64,000 nt of DNA from Planktothrix sp. FACHB-1365 (lineage in GTDB: Bacteria > Cyanobacteriota > Cyanobacteriia > Cyanobacteriales > Microcoleaceae), in NCBI RefSeq assembly GCF_014697575.1, contig NZ_JACJSC010000008.1, forward strand, positions 93,075 to 157,074, given 5' to 3'. This document shows, one piece after another, positions 41,568 through 50,653 of the stretch. A program made the translations under genes and the position numbers. Position 1 is the stretch's first letter. Every line of letters begins with the position of its first letter. The notes below the pieces were generated by a model. That model made no database searches. It saw only the letters and a program-made list of their open reading frames with translations, and was not told the origin of the DNA.

Positions 41568-41718
41568 CTGAAAATAGGACGTGTGGTGATTAATTCTTCA
41601 CTCCTTCACGTCCGAAAGGCAAGTTACGAGGCGGTTTGTTGGGTACGCGGTGGCGGGCGGGGGGGTAGCAAAGTACCAGAACGTACTTGCGTTCCAATTC
41701 TCGGTGTTCGAAATCATC

Positions 41719-44535
41719 TCAACTTATTATAGTTGATTCGGTGAGGGTCGTCCGTGAGCATCCTGCAAATATCCAACCTTCGGGTAATATTGCCCCCGTT
41801 AGGATTACTTCTGTGCAGTTGACTTCATTGACAACAGCACCCTGGAGAGTAGCATCGGAAAGATCGACCTGTGTTAAATTTGTCCCACTCAAATTAGCAT
41901 CCTTTAAGTTAGCGCGAACCAATGCTGCCATACTCAAATCAGCATCACTGAGATCTGCACGACTCAAATCACAAGAATTCAATTGAGCCTGTTGTAAATT
42001 AGTCCCAACACATTTGACTCGCTGTAGATTAGCACCTGTCAGGTTAGCTCGGCTTAAATTCGCTACTACTAATTTAGCGTAATTTAAGTTAGCATGGGTG
42101 AGGTTGGTTTGTTGAAGATTGGCTCCTATTAAATTAGCATGACTTAAATTAACTCCTGTTAAATCGAGAGCGGATAGATTTGCGCCTTGAAAATTGCGAT
42201 CGCCATTCTGATATCTTCGCAGCAGTTCTCCGCCATCGGTGATGCTGATATCTCGTTGGGGGGGAAACCGTAAACGAAAGGTTAAAGTATTTCCACTTTC
42301 AATCACTCGTGCTAATTCTTCATAAAAAGGATAGGAACCTAAACCGCTTAACCTCAACCAACCCCGTGAACGAGTCATGGCGACAAATAATTGATTACGG
42401 AAATTAAGATTATTTTCAGCAATTGCAATTTGATCTAATCCCACTAAATAAACCATATCGGCTTCGTGTCCTTTGGCGCGATGAATACGAGAAATCGTTA
42501 CCCCGCCTTCACACCAAAATTGATTAGCATGGGCATTATTAGAGGTGGGTTTGAGAATGTTACAGTCTGGTGTTCCAGGGATAAAAATATCAATTCCTTG
42601 CTGGATTAAACAACGAGCAATCTGGGTTTCAAGTTCTATGGCTTCCCATCCCATTCCTAAAACAATCACTAATATTTCTCGACTGGGACGTAAGCCATCA
42701 ATTTTTAAGTTGTATAGAATGCGATCGCTTAAACTAATTAATTCTTCCGAACGAGAACGATAGGCTTCAAATTCAATTAATGGTTGTTTCCATAATGCTG
42801 CTATAGGATTAGGTGAGTTGTGTTCAGGACGATGAAGGGTAATGGTTTCACCCAACTTTAAAGGAGAGTTGTAGGGAGAGTTTTCGGGTTCTTTTAAGTT
42901 TGTTAATCTGACGTTATACCCGATCATTTCCCAATCTTCTGCCCACTGCATTCCGGTTAATAATCCTTGCGGACGCAATAACCCTAAACCAATGCCGTGA
43001 GCGGCTGTTAAAATGGGGGCTGGAATCCGATAGGATCGAGACATAATCTCGGTTTTTTTAATGCCGTTGCTATATTCTCCTGTAACTAATTGTCCCCACT
43101 CATCTCCAAATAATTCGCTGGCTGTTGGTACTTTTAAAGTTTCTAAACTTTGAATTTCATCATAAGCCCAAATCAAGCGTTTTTGAGGAATTTCAGGGTT
43201 ATTGTCTTTTTCTCGATTAACAGGACGTAAGGCTTGCACTGCCATCCAATAAAAAGGCTGTTTTCCCTCAAATTTTAAATCTTCATCAACGATAAAATCC
43301 TGACCTTCATCTATTAAAATAGCATCAAAGATGGCGGGAATTGTTGCCGATGCTAATAAATGATAACACGCTTCTGCTAAGGCTTCATTGGCAGTTGAAC
43401 GAGTGGTTTGTTGAACACTTTGGCTCCAAACTCCGGCAGCTTGACAAAGGGTACGATAAAAACCAGGTTGATCTTTTGCTCCCCAAGCATGGAGCACTTT
43501 TAATTTAGAATTCTGGGGATTATACCCAATTTGATTACAACTAAATCGCTTTAACCATTGATCAATATATTGTAAAATTGGATCATATAAACTGCGACTA
43601 AAAAATACAATGGCAATATCCCATTCAGGATGTTTTAGGTGCATTTGGGCGGCTTTTTGACACAGTAATACTGTTTTTCCTGAACCTGCAATTCCCCGAA
43701 TTCGTTGGGGCCCTGGGGGGATGACCTTGGCAATTTGTTCCTGTTGTAAATCTAGTTCAGAAACCCGTTTTCTAGCAATAGCTAACACCGCACTGCGGGT
43801 TAAAGCAGGTTCTAAGTTATCCCAATTTGTTAAGAAAAAGCGACGACTGGGTGGACGAAATAAGGGTGTTCCACTAATGACGGCTTTTAATAGTGCCCAT
43901 TGTTCGGAGGAAAGTTCACTTCCCGGCGTGACTAACGGTGCATTCTCAATTTTTTCAATTAAACTAGAGTGTTGACCGTTGACGGGTGAAGGTTCCGAGA
44001 AAAAGGGTGTGTTTGCTGTAAACCCTAGATCTTCTTGAAATAGAATAGGAGGAGAACTGGGCAACCGATCAAATCCCCGGTGTTGCCATTGAGAGTGAAG
44101 AATGCGAGGTAAGGCGACGAGGACACGACCGGGAACTTGATGATGCAGGCTCTCTTCTAAGTTGCAATAGTCCAGTAGGGCAAAGAGTTGATGTTCTGCC
44201 TGTTGATAGGGGTTCGCCCGGGTGGTATAAAAGTTTTGGAGTTGCCAGTGATGACCTGTAATTCCTAGAATTTGCTCAATTGTTATTGATTTCACTTCAA
44301 TAATAATTAATCCCAATTCTGCATCTACGATTAATATATCTGGTTCTTTCCGAAAGGTTCCCAATTTTTTCGAGAAAATCGGAAACTGCCAATAGGCAAT
44401 ACAATCTCGTGGCTCAAAGCTTCGGCAAATCGCCATCCAGACTTGAGATTCGGCTTTTTCTCCTGCTATAAACAGGGGCTCAGTGGTAATAAATTTACGA
44501 TCTGGGGACAAGGGGACAAGGGGATGGGGGGACAA
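41719..44535 (-). CDS. 938-aa NERD domain - SF1 (UvrD-like/DUF2075-type) helicase - C-terminal pentapeptide-repeat protein
   Basis: NERD: KEPDILIVDAELGLIIIEVKS. Walker A IRGIAGSGKTVLL. Motif II AILIDEGQDF. Motif VI FVAMTRSRGWLRLSG. The C-terminal ~170 aa are tandem A(N/D)LSx pentapeptides (GANLSALDLTGVNLSHANLIGANLQQTNLTHANL...). Its first ~11 codons are STRR-like GGGGACA heptamer repeats (44504..44537), so the true start is probably the internal Met (MAICRSF). Confidence 0.8.
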   Translation of the reverse strand: MSPHPLVPLSPDRKFITTEPLFIAGEKAESQVWMAICRSFEPRDCIAYWQFPIFSKKLGTFRKEPDILIVDAELGLIIIEVKSITIEQILGITGHHWQLQNFYTTRANPYQQAEHQLFALLDYCNLEESLHHQVPGRVLVALPRILHSQWQHRGFDRLPSSPPILFQEDLGFTANTPFFSEPSPVNGQHSSLIEKIENAPLVTPGSELSSEQWALLKAVISGTPLFRPPSRRFFLTNWDNLEPALTRSAVLAIARKRVSELDLQQEQIAKVIPPGPQRIRGIAGSGKTVLLCQKAAQMHLKHPEWDIAIVFFSRSLYDPILQYIDQWLKRFSCNQIGYNPQNSKLKVLHAWGAKDQPGFYRTLCQAAGVWSQSVQQTTRSTANEALAEACYHLLASATIPAIFDAILIDEGQDFIVDEDLKFEGKQPFYWMAVQALRPVNREKDNNPEIPQKRLIWAYDEIQSLETLKVPTASELFGDEWGQLVTGEYSNGIKKTEIMSRSYRIPAPILTAAHGIGLGLLRPQGLLTGMQWAEDWEMIGYNVRLTNLKEPENSPYNSPLKLGETITLHRPEHNSPNPIAALWKQPLIEFEAYRSRSEELISLSDRILYNLKIDGLRPSREILVIVLGMGWEAIELETQIARCLIQQGIDIFIPGTPDCNILKPTSNNAHANQFWCEGGVTISRIHRAKGHEADMVYLVGLDQIAIAENNLNFRNQLFVAMTRSRGWLRLSGLGSYPFYEELARVIESGNTLTFRLRFPPQRDISITDGGELLRRYQNGDRNFQGANLSALDLTGVNLSHANLIGANLQQTNLTHANLNYAKLVVANLSRANLTGANLQRVKCVGTNLQQAQLNSCDLSRADLSDADLSMAALVRANLKDANLSGTNLTQVDLSDATLQGAVVNEVNCTEVILTGAILPEGWIFAGCSRTTLTESTIIS

Positions 44536-44693
44536 GGGTTAACGCTCAACTTTCCCTAGTTCTACCTTAAAATCTGGGGAAAAGGGTGATTTTTTGGAAG
44601 ATAATGACCCTTAAGCAAGACTCTTGCAACAACAGGACATCTTGGGACACTAGCCCTAAAATTGTTTCTGACACCATTTTGATGATCTAGGTT

Positions 44694-45842
44694 TTGACCT
44701 CCCTCGGTGTGTCAACTTATTCACAAACTCAGTTGAGTCTCATGGCTCCTTTTTATCGCCTGACCTTATTTATATTCGCTTGTATTGCCTACTGCGGTGG
44801 AACGTTCTGCTTCAGTGGAGGTGCGGTTGCGAAGGTTGAGACCGAAACCCAACATCTCACAGACACAAACGGCTATCTCTTTACCCGACCCCTCACGGCT
44901 GGGTCTGATTTAGAGCGTGCTGCTGTGTCCCGGCAAGTTGCCCAAAATAACCCTGAAAAACCGCCAGCCAAAGAGCCTAAAAAACCGCCGAAACCTAAAA
45001 AATCATCTTTCCGCTTCCCCTCAAAGATGTTAATTCTAGGGGTAGGAGCTTTTGTGATTACGCTCGGAGCTATTTTAATCTTAATTCGGCTGATGAGTCC
45101 TCCTAATGAGGAGGAGGGTACGGTGGTGGATATTGAGGCGCAAACGGTTCCAGAAAATCTTCCTGAACCCCCCCAATCCCCCCCGCCATCGGTGGAGGTT
45201 GCCATTACCCAGGGACAGATGCAAGTTTCTCCCACGGTTCTGCAACGGTCACAGCCTCCGGCGCCTGTGGAACAGAATGGTTATGGAGACGCGACGTTAC
45301 GGGTTTCTCCTCCCGTACTGCCATCGGACAAACCGACGACCTCTGAAAACCCCCTAGGGGCGAATATCCCCGTAACGGATACGGTGAATCTTAATCCACA
45401 GTCCGATGGACTGAAACTTGATCCCCAGGACAAATGGATTAATGATTTAAAACAGACCAGTCCTGATATTAGAAGTAATGCAATTTGGGAACTGGCGCAA
45501 GCAGGAGATTCGAGGGCGATTCAACCGTTATTGGAGTTATTAATTTATTCGGATTCTAATCAACGTAGTTTAGTTTTAGCTGCTCTCTCAGAAATAGGAA
45601 CTCGCACGTTAAAACCCCTGAGTCGCGCCTTAAGTTTGTCTCTCCAAGATGAAAATGCTGAAGTTAGAAAAAATGCTATTCGAGATTTAACCCGAATTTA
45701 TGATTTAGCAACACAAATGAATCAAATCTTACAACGAGCTATGGATGATCCTGATCCTGAAGTTAAAGAACTGGCTAAATGGGCAACTAATCGATTAAGC
45801 CGCCTCCGTTCTGTTTCGACCCACGATGAACCTCCGAGTTGA
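44694..45842 (+). CDS. Membrane-anchored Pro-rich protein with C-terminal HEAT-type (PBS-lyase-like) repeats
   Basis: N-terminal hydrophobic segments. Pro/Lys-rich linker (PEKPPAKEPKKPPKPKK...PEPPQSPPPS). C-terminal AIWELAQAGDSRAIQPLLELL..., EVRKNAIRDL..., PEVKELAKWA HEAT-like repeats. Confidence 0.55.
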   Translation: MTSLGVSTYSQTQLSLMAPFYRLTLFIFACIAYCGGTFCFSGGAVAKVETETQHLTDTNGYLFTRPLTAGSDLERAAVSRQVAQNNPEKPPAKEPKKPPKPKKSSFRFPSKMLILGVGAFVITLGAILILIRLMSPPNEEEGTVVDIEAQTVPENLPEPPQSPPPSVEVAITQGQMQVSPTVLQRSQPPAPVEQNGYGDATLRVSPPVLPSDKPTTSENPLGANIPVTDTVNLNPQSDGLKLDPQDKWINDLKQTSPDIRSNAIWELAQAGDSRAIQPLLELLIYSDSNQRSLVLAALSEIGTRTLKPLSRALSLSLQDENAEVRKNAIRDLTRIYDLATQMNQILQRAMDDPDPEVKELAKWATNRLSRLRSVSTHDEPPS

Positions 45843-45969
45843 AGGTAAGGCGGTAGAACAGGGAATTTCAAGTTAGTTTTTTCTGAAAAAAATTATAGCA
45901 ACCGCCCAAGCTTTGTTAGGACATAGACTGATGCTCAAACCTACAGGGTAAACTCTTCTCCTCCCTATT

Positions 45970-46026
45970 CGTAATTCGTAATTCGTAATTCGTAATTCGT
46001 AATTCGTAATTCGTAATTCGTAATTC
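45970..46026. repeat. STRR-type heptanucleotide tandem repeat (CGTAATT)x8
   Basis: Direct reading shows 8 perfect copies immediately downstream of the alpha/beta hydrolase gene. Confidence 0.85.
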
Positions 46027-46039
46027 CCTGTTCCCCGCT

Positions 46040-46885
46040 CTAAACCACCGTTTTCCGCAAAAATAAGATTAAAGCTTCACTAATTTCTTGAGGCCAATGT
46101 TCTTGGGGATAATGTCCGGCTTTTTCTAATGTCACAATTTCAGCCCCAGAAATTCCGTTTGCAAAGGTTTCCACATCGGTAAAGTCTAACCAAGGATCGA
46201 TTAATCCCCAAATAATTTGAGTCGGATGATGCCAATTTTTAAACCCAGATTCAATTTCTGTTAGGGCATCTTTTAACCGTAAATTTTTTAAGGTTGCTAA
46301 GAGCGATCGCCCCGCCGCCGAAGCTTTTAAAAACGGACTGCGATAAACTTCTAAAACTTTATCCTCAATCACATATTTACTGCCACCTTCCAAGGTTCGA
46401 TCCACTAATAAGGGATCTTGAGTGATCATATCCCCGACAAACGGTAACGCCATTTGCTGTAATTTCCAGGGGAGTTTAGCTGATGTGGAAATAGGAGTAT
46501 TGAGAATAATTAGTTTTTCAATTTTTTCAGGATAACGTAAAGCATATTGTAATCCCATTGAACCTAAAAAACCTTGCACAACTAAATGAAACTTTTCTAT
46601 TTTTAATTGTTCTAAAAATCCTCCTAACCCTTGAATAAACGCATCAGGAGTATAAGCAAAATCTCGTTTATCTGGTTTTCCTGAATATCCCGATCCAATC
46701 CAGTCCGGTGCGATCGCTTTATATCCTTGTTTTTCTAATTCATCCATAATCACCAACCAACTGTAGCTTTGAGAAACTAATCCATGCAATAACACCACAG
46801 GAATTTTATCAGTTGTTTCGGGATTTGTTTCCCGATAAAACCACTCTAAAGAGCCAACTTTGATTTCGTTTTTAGTAATTGACAT
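46040..46885 (-). CDS. Alpha/beta-hydrolase fold protein
   Basis: VVLLHGLVSQSYSW (oxyanion HG motif). Nucleophile-elbow-like VVQGFLGSMG. C-terminal GHYPQEHWPQE (catalytic His). Confidence 0.8.
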   Translation of the reverse strand: MSITKNEIKVGSLEWFYRETNPETTDKIPVVLLHGLVSQSYSWLVIMDELEKQGYKAIAPDWIGSGYSGKPDKRDFAYTPDAFIQGLGGFLEQLKIEKFHLVVQGFLGSMGLQYALRYPEKIEKLIILNTPISTSAKLPWKLQQMALPFVGDMITQDPLLVDRTLEGGSKYVIEDKVLEVYRSPFLKASAAGRSLLATLKNLRLKDALTEIESGFKNWHHPTQIIWGLIDPWLDFTDVETFANGISGAEIVTLEKAGHYPQEHWPQEISEALILFLRKTVV

Positions 46886-46894
46886 AATATAGCA

Positions 46895-47004
46895 GGGAAC
46901 AGGGAACAGGGAACACTTCGACAGGCTCAGTGCTTCGCAGGGAATAGGGAATATTACCCCTTCGTAATTCGTAATTCGTAATTCGTAATTCGTAATTCGT
47001 AATT
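46895..47004. repeat. Second STRR block on the other flank of the hydrolase gene: (GGGAACA)x3 at 46895-46916 and (CGTAATT)x6 at 46963-47004
   Basis: Read directly. The same CGTAATT heptamer as at 45970-46026 brackets the hydrolase gene. The 68-aa ORF 46872..47078 is an artefact of translating these repeats (ITNYELRITNYELR). Confidence 0.8.
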
Positions 47005-47020
47005 ACCCACTTAAAAAAAG

Positions 47021-47052
47021 TTGTAGAGACGTTAAATTTAACGTCTCTACAA
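47021..47052. terminator. Perfect palindrome TTGTAGAGACGTT-AAATTT-AACGTCTCTACAA 30 nt downstream of petA; candidate petCA operon terminator and a GTAGAGACG-family element
   Basis: 13-bp perfect stem read directly. The stem sequence is identical to the core of the MITE palindrome. Confidence 0.45.
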
Positions 47053-47081
47053 AGGGTGAAATCATGAAAATGACTCAAAAT

Positions 47082-48104
47082 TTAGAAGTTCATTTCAGCT
47101 GCTTGAACTTTCTCAATCTGTTTCTTCTTCATCACCAACATAACTTGAGTTAACATCACCAAGGCGATAAACGCAATTAACCCGGTAACGCGAGTGGAAC
47201 TTTGCAGAACGATTTCGGTATCATGTTGACCAAAGCCACCCACGTTGGGGTTATCGGTTAAAGCATCACCGACGGCGACAGTTTGGCCTTCAGACACAAT
47301 CACAGAAGGGCCAGGAGGAATTTCATCGACAACGGTTTGACCGTCCGCCGTTTGAATGGTAACTTGAGAACCCGATCCCTCTTCAGAGGTCACTTGGGTA
47401 ATGGTTCCAGCAACGGAAGCTTTATAAAGCGTATTATTGCTAGAATTTCCAGCCGGATAGACTTGACCGCGACCCCGGTTTCCGCCGACATGAATCGCAA
47501 ATTTACCATAGTGAACGGATTTATCCGTTGCAGGGTCAGGAGACAACACCGGGAAGATAATTTCCTGATGTTCTTCTCCAGGTAAGGGCCCGACAATGAC
47601 CACATTTTCTTGATCTTCGCGATAGGGTTGGAAATAAAGATCCCCAATTTCCTCTTTCCATTCTTCAGGAATGCGATCTTCAGGAGCAATCTTAAAGCCT
47701 TCGGGGAGCATTAACACTGCACCGACGTTTAAACCGCCTTTGCTACCATCTCCGAGAACTTGCTGAACGTTGGTATCGTAAGGAATTTTAACAACGGCTT
47801 TAAAAACAGTATCCGGTAGAACGGAATGGGGAACTTCAATTTCTGTCTGCTTTGCAGCTAGGTGACAGTTCGCACAAACAATTCGTCCCGTCGCTTCACG
47901 GGGAGTTAAGGGAGCCGTTTCTTGCGCCCAAAAAGGATAAGCCGCTGCTGACTGGGGTAGGGCAAAATCACTGGTTAGGAAGAAAGCAACCGTTGCTACG
48001 ACAACCCAAAGGATTTTCCAAGCCCGCAAACGAGGCATTTTTACTAATTGATCAATTGGTTGCATTACTATTGTTCTATTTCTGGTCAAAGTCAACAGAA
48101 TCAA
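47082..48104 (-). CDS. petA: Apocytochrome f (cytochrome b6f complex)
   Basis: The mature N-terminus [28 protein letters not shown] carries the CxxCH haem site with Tyr1 ligand. A C-terminal TM anchor is present ([17 protein letters not shown]). It lies downstream of petC as in cyanobacterial petCA operons. The true start is probably an internal Met (MQPIDQ... or MPRLRAWK...). Confidence 0.9.
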   Translation of the reverse strand: MILLTLTRNRTIVMQPIDQLVKMPRLRAWKILWVVVATVAFFLTSDFALPQSAAAYPFWAQETAPLTPREATGRIVCANCHLAAKQTEIEVPHSVLPDTVFKAVVKIPYDTNVQQVLGDGSKGGLNVGAVLMLPEGFKIAPEDRIPEEWKEEIGDLYFQPYREDQENVVIVGPLPGEEHQEIIFPVLSPDPATDKSVHYGKFAIHVGGNRGRGQVYPAGNSSNNTLYKASVAGTITQVTSEEGSGSQVTIQTADGQTVVDEIPPGPSVIVSEGQTVAVGDALTDNPNVGGFGQHDTEIVLQSSTRVTGLIAFIALVMLTQVMLVMKKKQIEKVQAAEMNF

Positions 48105-48167
48105 TCATCACAGATTTTAGATTTCAGATGTTGATCTAAAATCCAAAATCCTTGTATCTAAAATTTA

Positions 48168-48707
48168 TTAAGACCACCAGGGATTTTCACCCGTGCGGAA
48201 GTCGGTTTCTGTCCAAGTCGTAAAGCTCAATTTGTCATCCGCAACAGTGGCGTGAACCAATGCTAAGGATAAGGGGGCTGGCCCACGAACGACTTTACCC
48301 GCCGCGTCATATTGAGAACCGTGACAGGGACACATAAATTTGTTTTCGCTGTTGTTCCAAGGCACAACACACCCTAAGTGGGTACAAACGGCGTTAATTC
48401 CATAGTCCGCTAAAGTAGCATCGCCTTCTACCACCATGTAGGTCGGATCGCCTTTTAAACCTTGAGCTAAAACGCGATCGCCGGGTTTATGGGTGGATAA
48501 AAATTCACTGACGATAACATCGTTACCCAGAGCATCTTTAGCCGTAACGCCACCGCCTGCGGCACCACTAGCGGGAGGCAGAAGATATTTGACAAACGGA
48601 TACAGCACACCCAGAGCAACGCCTGTGGCTGAACCGAAGGTCAGTAAGTTCATGAATTGACGACGCCCCATGCTTGGAACATCAGGGTTCGAGGAAATTT
48701 GAGTCAT
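48168..48707 (-). CDS. petC: Cytochrome b6f Rieske iron-sulfur subunit
   Basis: Rieske boxes [10 protein letters not shown] and [10 protein letters not shown]-terminal Tat-like/anchor [19 protein letters not shown]. Confidence 0.92.
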   Translation of the reverse strand: MTQISSNPDVPSMGRRQFMNLLTFGSATGVALGVLYPFVKYLLPPASGAAGGGVTAKDALGNDVIVSEFLSTHKPGDRVLAQGLKGDPTYMVVEGDATLADYGINAVCTHLGCVVPWNNSENKFMCPCHGSQYDAAGKVVRGPAPLSLALVHATVADDKLSFTTWTETDFRTGENPWWS

Positions 48708-48845
48708 CTCAACCTTACTGGAGAACGGAAACCGCGATGTTTTAACTCGCGGAGGAAGTTTTACGCGCAGTTTAAAAACTGCGTCCCCTGTTTGGGGGGT
48801 GAATAGTAAGCATTATCACATTATTTGCACCCATGTTTATCGGGT

Positions 48846-48890
48846 GTTGACGGTTGAGGTGTTGGCTGTTGACGGTTGAGGTGTTGACTG
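48846..48890. promoter_or_regulatory. Tandem 22-23-bp direct repeat (GTTGACGGTTGAGGTGTTGRCT)x2 with four TTGAC boxes, in the divergent petC / ABC-permease intergenic region
   Basis: Read directly. It lies 57-101 nt upstream of the permease start and ~140 nt upstream of petC. Function is inferred only. Confidence 0.3.
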
Positions 48891-48946
48891 TCTCGCTCTG
48901 TGGCTTTTTTTGGTAATCTAATCTCAAATACAAGATCCTAAATTGA

Positions 48947-49822
48947 ATGAGTGTTACATCTTTTCGCCCTTTGAGAGAGTTTCGTGTTCCTTCGGTATCA
49001 ACGGCTATGACCTTTTGTGGATTAGTCATCACAATTTTATTTTTATTAATTGCAATATTATCGCCCTTATTTTCAACTTGGGGATGGATACAAAGTCCTA
49101 CAGAATTTCTGTCTAATCCTATCCATCAACCGCCTTCTCCTCAACATTGGTTGGGAACCAGTCGTTTAGGATATGATGTCTTTTCTCGAACGTTATTTGG
49201 AACTCAAGTTGCTTGGAAAGTGGTGTTATTAGCAACCCTTTTGAGTGTGGGAATTGGTGTGCCTTTGGGAATGGTGAGTGGATATTTAGGCGGAAAAATA
49301 GATCGGGTTTTATTATTTTTAATGGATACGATTTATACGTTACCTGGATTATTACTTTCCATTACTTTAGCATTTGTTGTTGGCAAAGGGGTTTTAAATG
49401 CAGCGCTGGCTTTAAGTGTCGCTTATGTTCCTCAATATTATCGAGTGGTTCGTAATCATACAACTTCGGTTAAAACCGAGTTATTTATTGAAGCCGCCCA
49501 AGCGTTAGGCGCAAATACCTGGACAATTTTAACTCGTTATTTATTTTTAAATGTCATCCAAAGTGTTCCGGTATTATTTACATTAAATGCGGCGGATGCA
49601 ATTTTAACGTTAGGAGGATTAGGATTTTTAGGGTTAGGTTTACCGGATGAAGTTCCCGAATGGGGTCATGATTTAAGAATCGCCTTAGAAGCCTTACCTA
49701 CAGGGATTTGGTGGACAACTTTATTTCCGGGTTTAGCGTTAACTATTATGGTCGTTGGTTTATCTCTATTAGGAGAAGGATTAAATGATTTTCTTAATCC
49801 TCGTCTTCGCAATCAACGTTAA
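48947..49822 (+). CDS. ABC transporter permease (DppC/NikC/OppC-type)
   Basis: Six TM helices. EAA-type region AAQALGANTWTILTRYLFLNV. C-terminus LGEGLNDFLNPRLR typical of DppC-family permeases. Confidence 0.8.
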   Translation: MSVTSFRPLREFRVPSVSTAMTFCGLVITILFLLIAILSPLFSTWGWIQSPTEFLSNPIHQPPSPQHWLGTSRLGYDVFSRTLFGTQVAWKVVLLATLLSVGIGVPLGMVSGYLGGKIDRVLLFLMDTIYTLPGLLLSITLAFVVGKGVLNAALALSVAYVPQYYRVVRNHTTSVKTELFIEAAQALGANTWTILTRYLFLNVIQSVPVLFTLNAADAILTLGGLGFLGLGLPDEVPEWGHDLRIALEALPTGIWWTTLFPGLALTIMVVGLSLLGEGLNDFLNPRLRNQR

Positions 49823-49912
49823 CCAAATCAGAATATTTCCCCTCTTCATCATCCCCTAAAAAAATAGCTGTCCTGGATTAAGTGGGACAGCTTTGAAAAT
49901 CAAGAATTTTTA

Positions 49913-50023
49913 TATGAAATCCCTAAATGTTTGCTACAAATCCCCCCTGTAGAGACGTTGCATGCAACGTCTCTACAGGGGGGTTGGGGGGGATCATCTG
50001 TAGCGTTCATAATGGGATTTCAT
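49913..50023. mobile_element. MITE-like element, copy B (inverted relative to copy A at 4371..4481)
   Basis: Its reverse complement matches copy A apart from a 1-nt indel and a 1-nt substitution. It has the same TATGAAATCCC TIRs and CCCCCCTGTAGAGACGTTGCATGCAACGTCTCTACAGGGGGG core. It sits between convergent genes. Confidence 0.55.
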
Positions 50024-50165
50024 ATTACTTTTTAAATTTTGATTAAAACACTGTTTTTTACCCTAAAAAAATTATCTCCCGCTAATCCTGGTGAATGTAA
50101 CGGGAGTCAAGAACGCTGTAATTTAGATAGGGTTTTTATTCTAAGCACACTTAAGATGGCTTGAA

Positions 50166-50363
50166 TCACGATTCTACCGTTTCCTCCGAAACTTCTGTAT
50201 CTAAGTTATCAGGATCAACGTAATAACAAACAGTATCATCAACGCAGATCAAGGCCCAGCCCGATTCATCAATTGTTTTCAATTTATAGGCTCCTTGTTT
50301 AACAAAAAAGCCTTTGTGGTTGCGGGTTTCAGGTTTGACATAAACTTGGCTATCCATAGTCAT
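50166..50363 (-). CDS. Small hypothetical protein (65 aa, acidic C-terminus)
   Basis: An ORF only. No motif recognised. Confidence 0.3.
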   Translation of the reverse strand: MTMDSQVYVKPETRNHKGFFVKQGAYKLKTIDESGWALICVDDTVCYYVDPDNLDTEVSEETVES

Positions 50364-50653
50364 CTCATCTCCTTATTTATTATCAATTTTTTGTGAACGG
50401 TTGATTATGATTGTTAATGACTGAAGTTACCAAATACTATCACTGTTTTCCGCTTTTGTTTATGAATTTATGTAATTTTTTGTTACATTTTCTCAATACT
50501 TCCTAAGAGTTCCTGGATTTTTAGCCCTTTTCAGTCATTAACAGCCATTTTCCCCCAATTCACCGCAACCGAAATTTCTCAAATATTGTCTTAGTTTCTG
50601 TGCATAATTACCTAGATTATTTCATCAGATACACAAAAATAGGTAAAAGTTCC

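Noticed and set aside
41568-41718. GC-rich 151-bp spacer (GGCGGGCGGGGGGGTAGC...GGTGTTCGAAATC) examined as a possible tRNA
   Set aside because: No acceptor-stem pairing or cloverleaf could be folded on either strand. It is probably just the intercistronic/promoter region between the two large minus-strand genes.
45970-47004. Heptamer arrays considered as a CRISPR array
   Set aside because: The repeats are 7 bp and contiguous with no spacers, and no cas genes are present. These are STRR microsatellites.
46872-47078. 68-aa ORF between the hydrolase gene and petA
   Set aside because: Its translation (ITNYELRITNYELRR) is just the CGTAATT heptamer array read in frame.
47283-47689. Two ~100-aa ORFs (plus and minus strand) inside petA
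   Set aside because: They are alternate-frame translations within a firmly identified cytochrome f gene.
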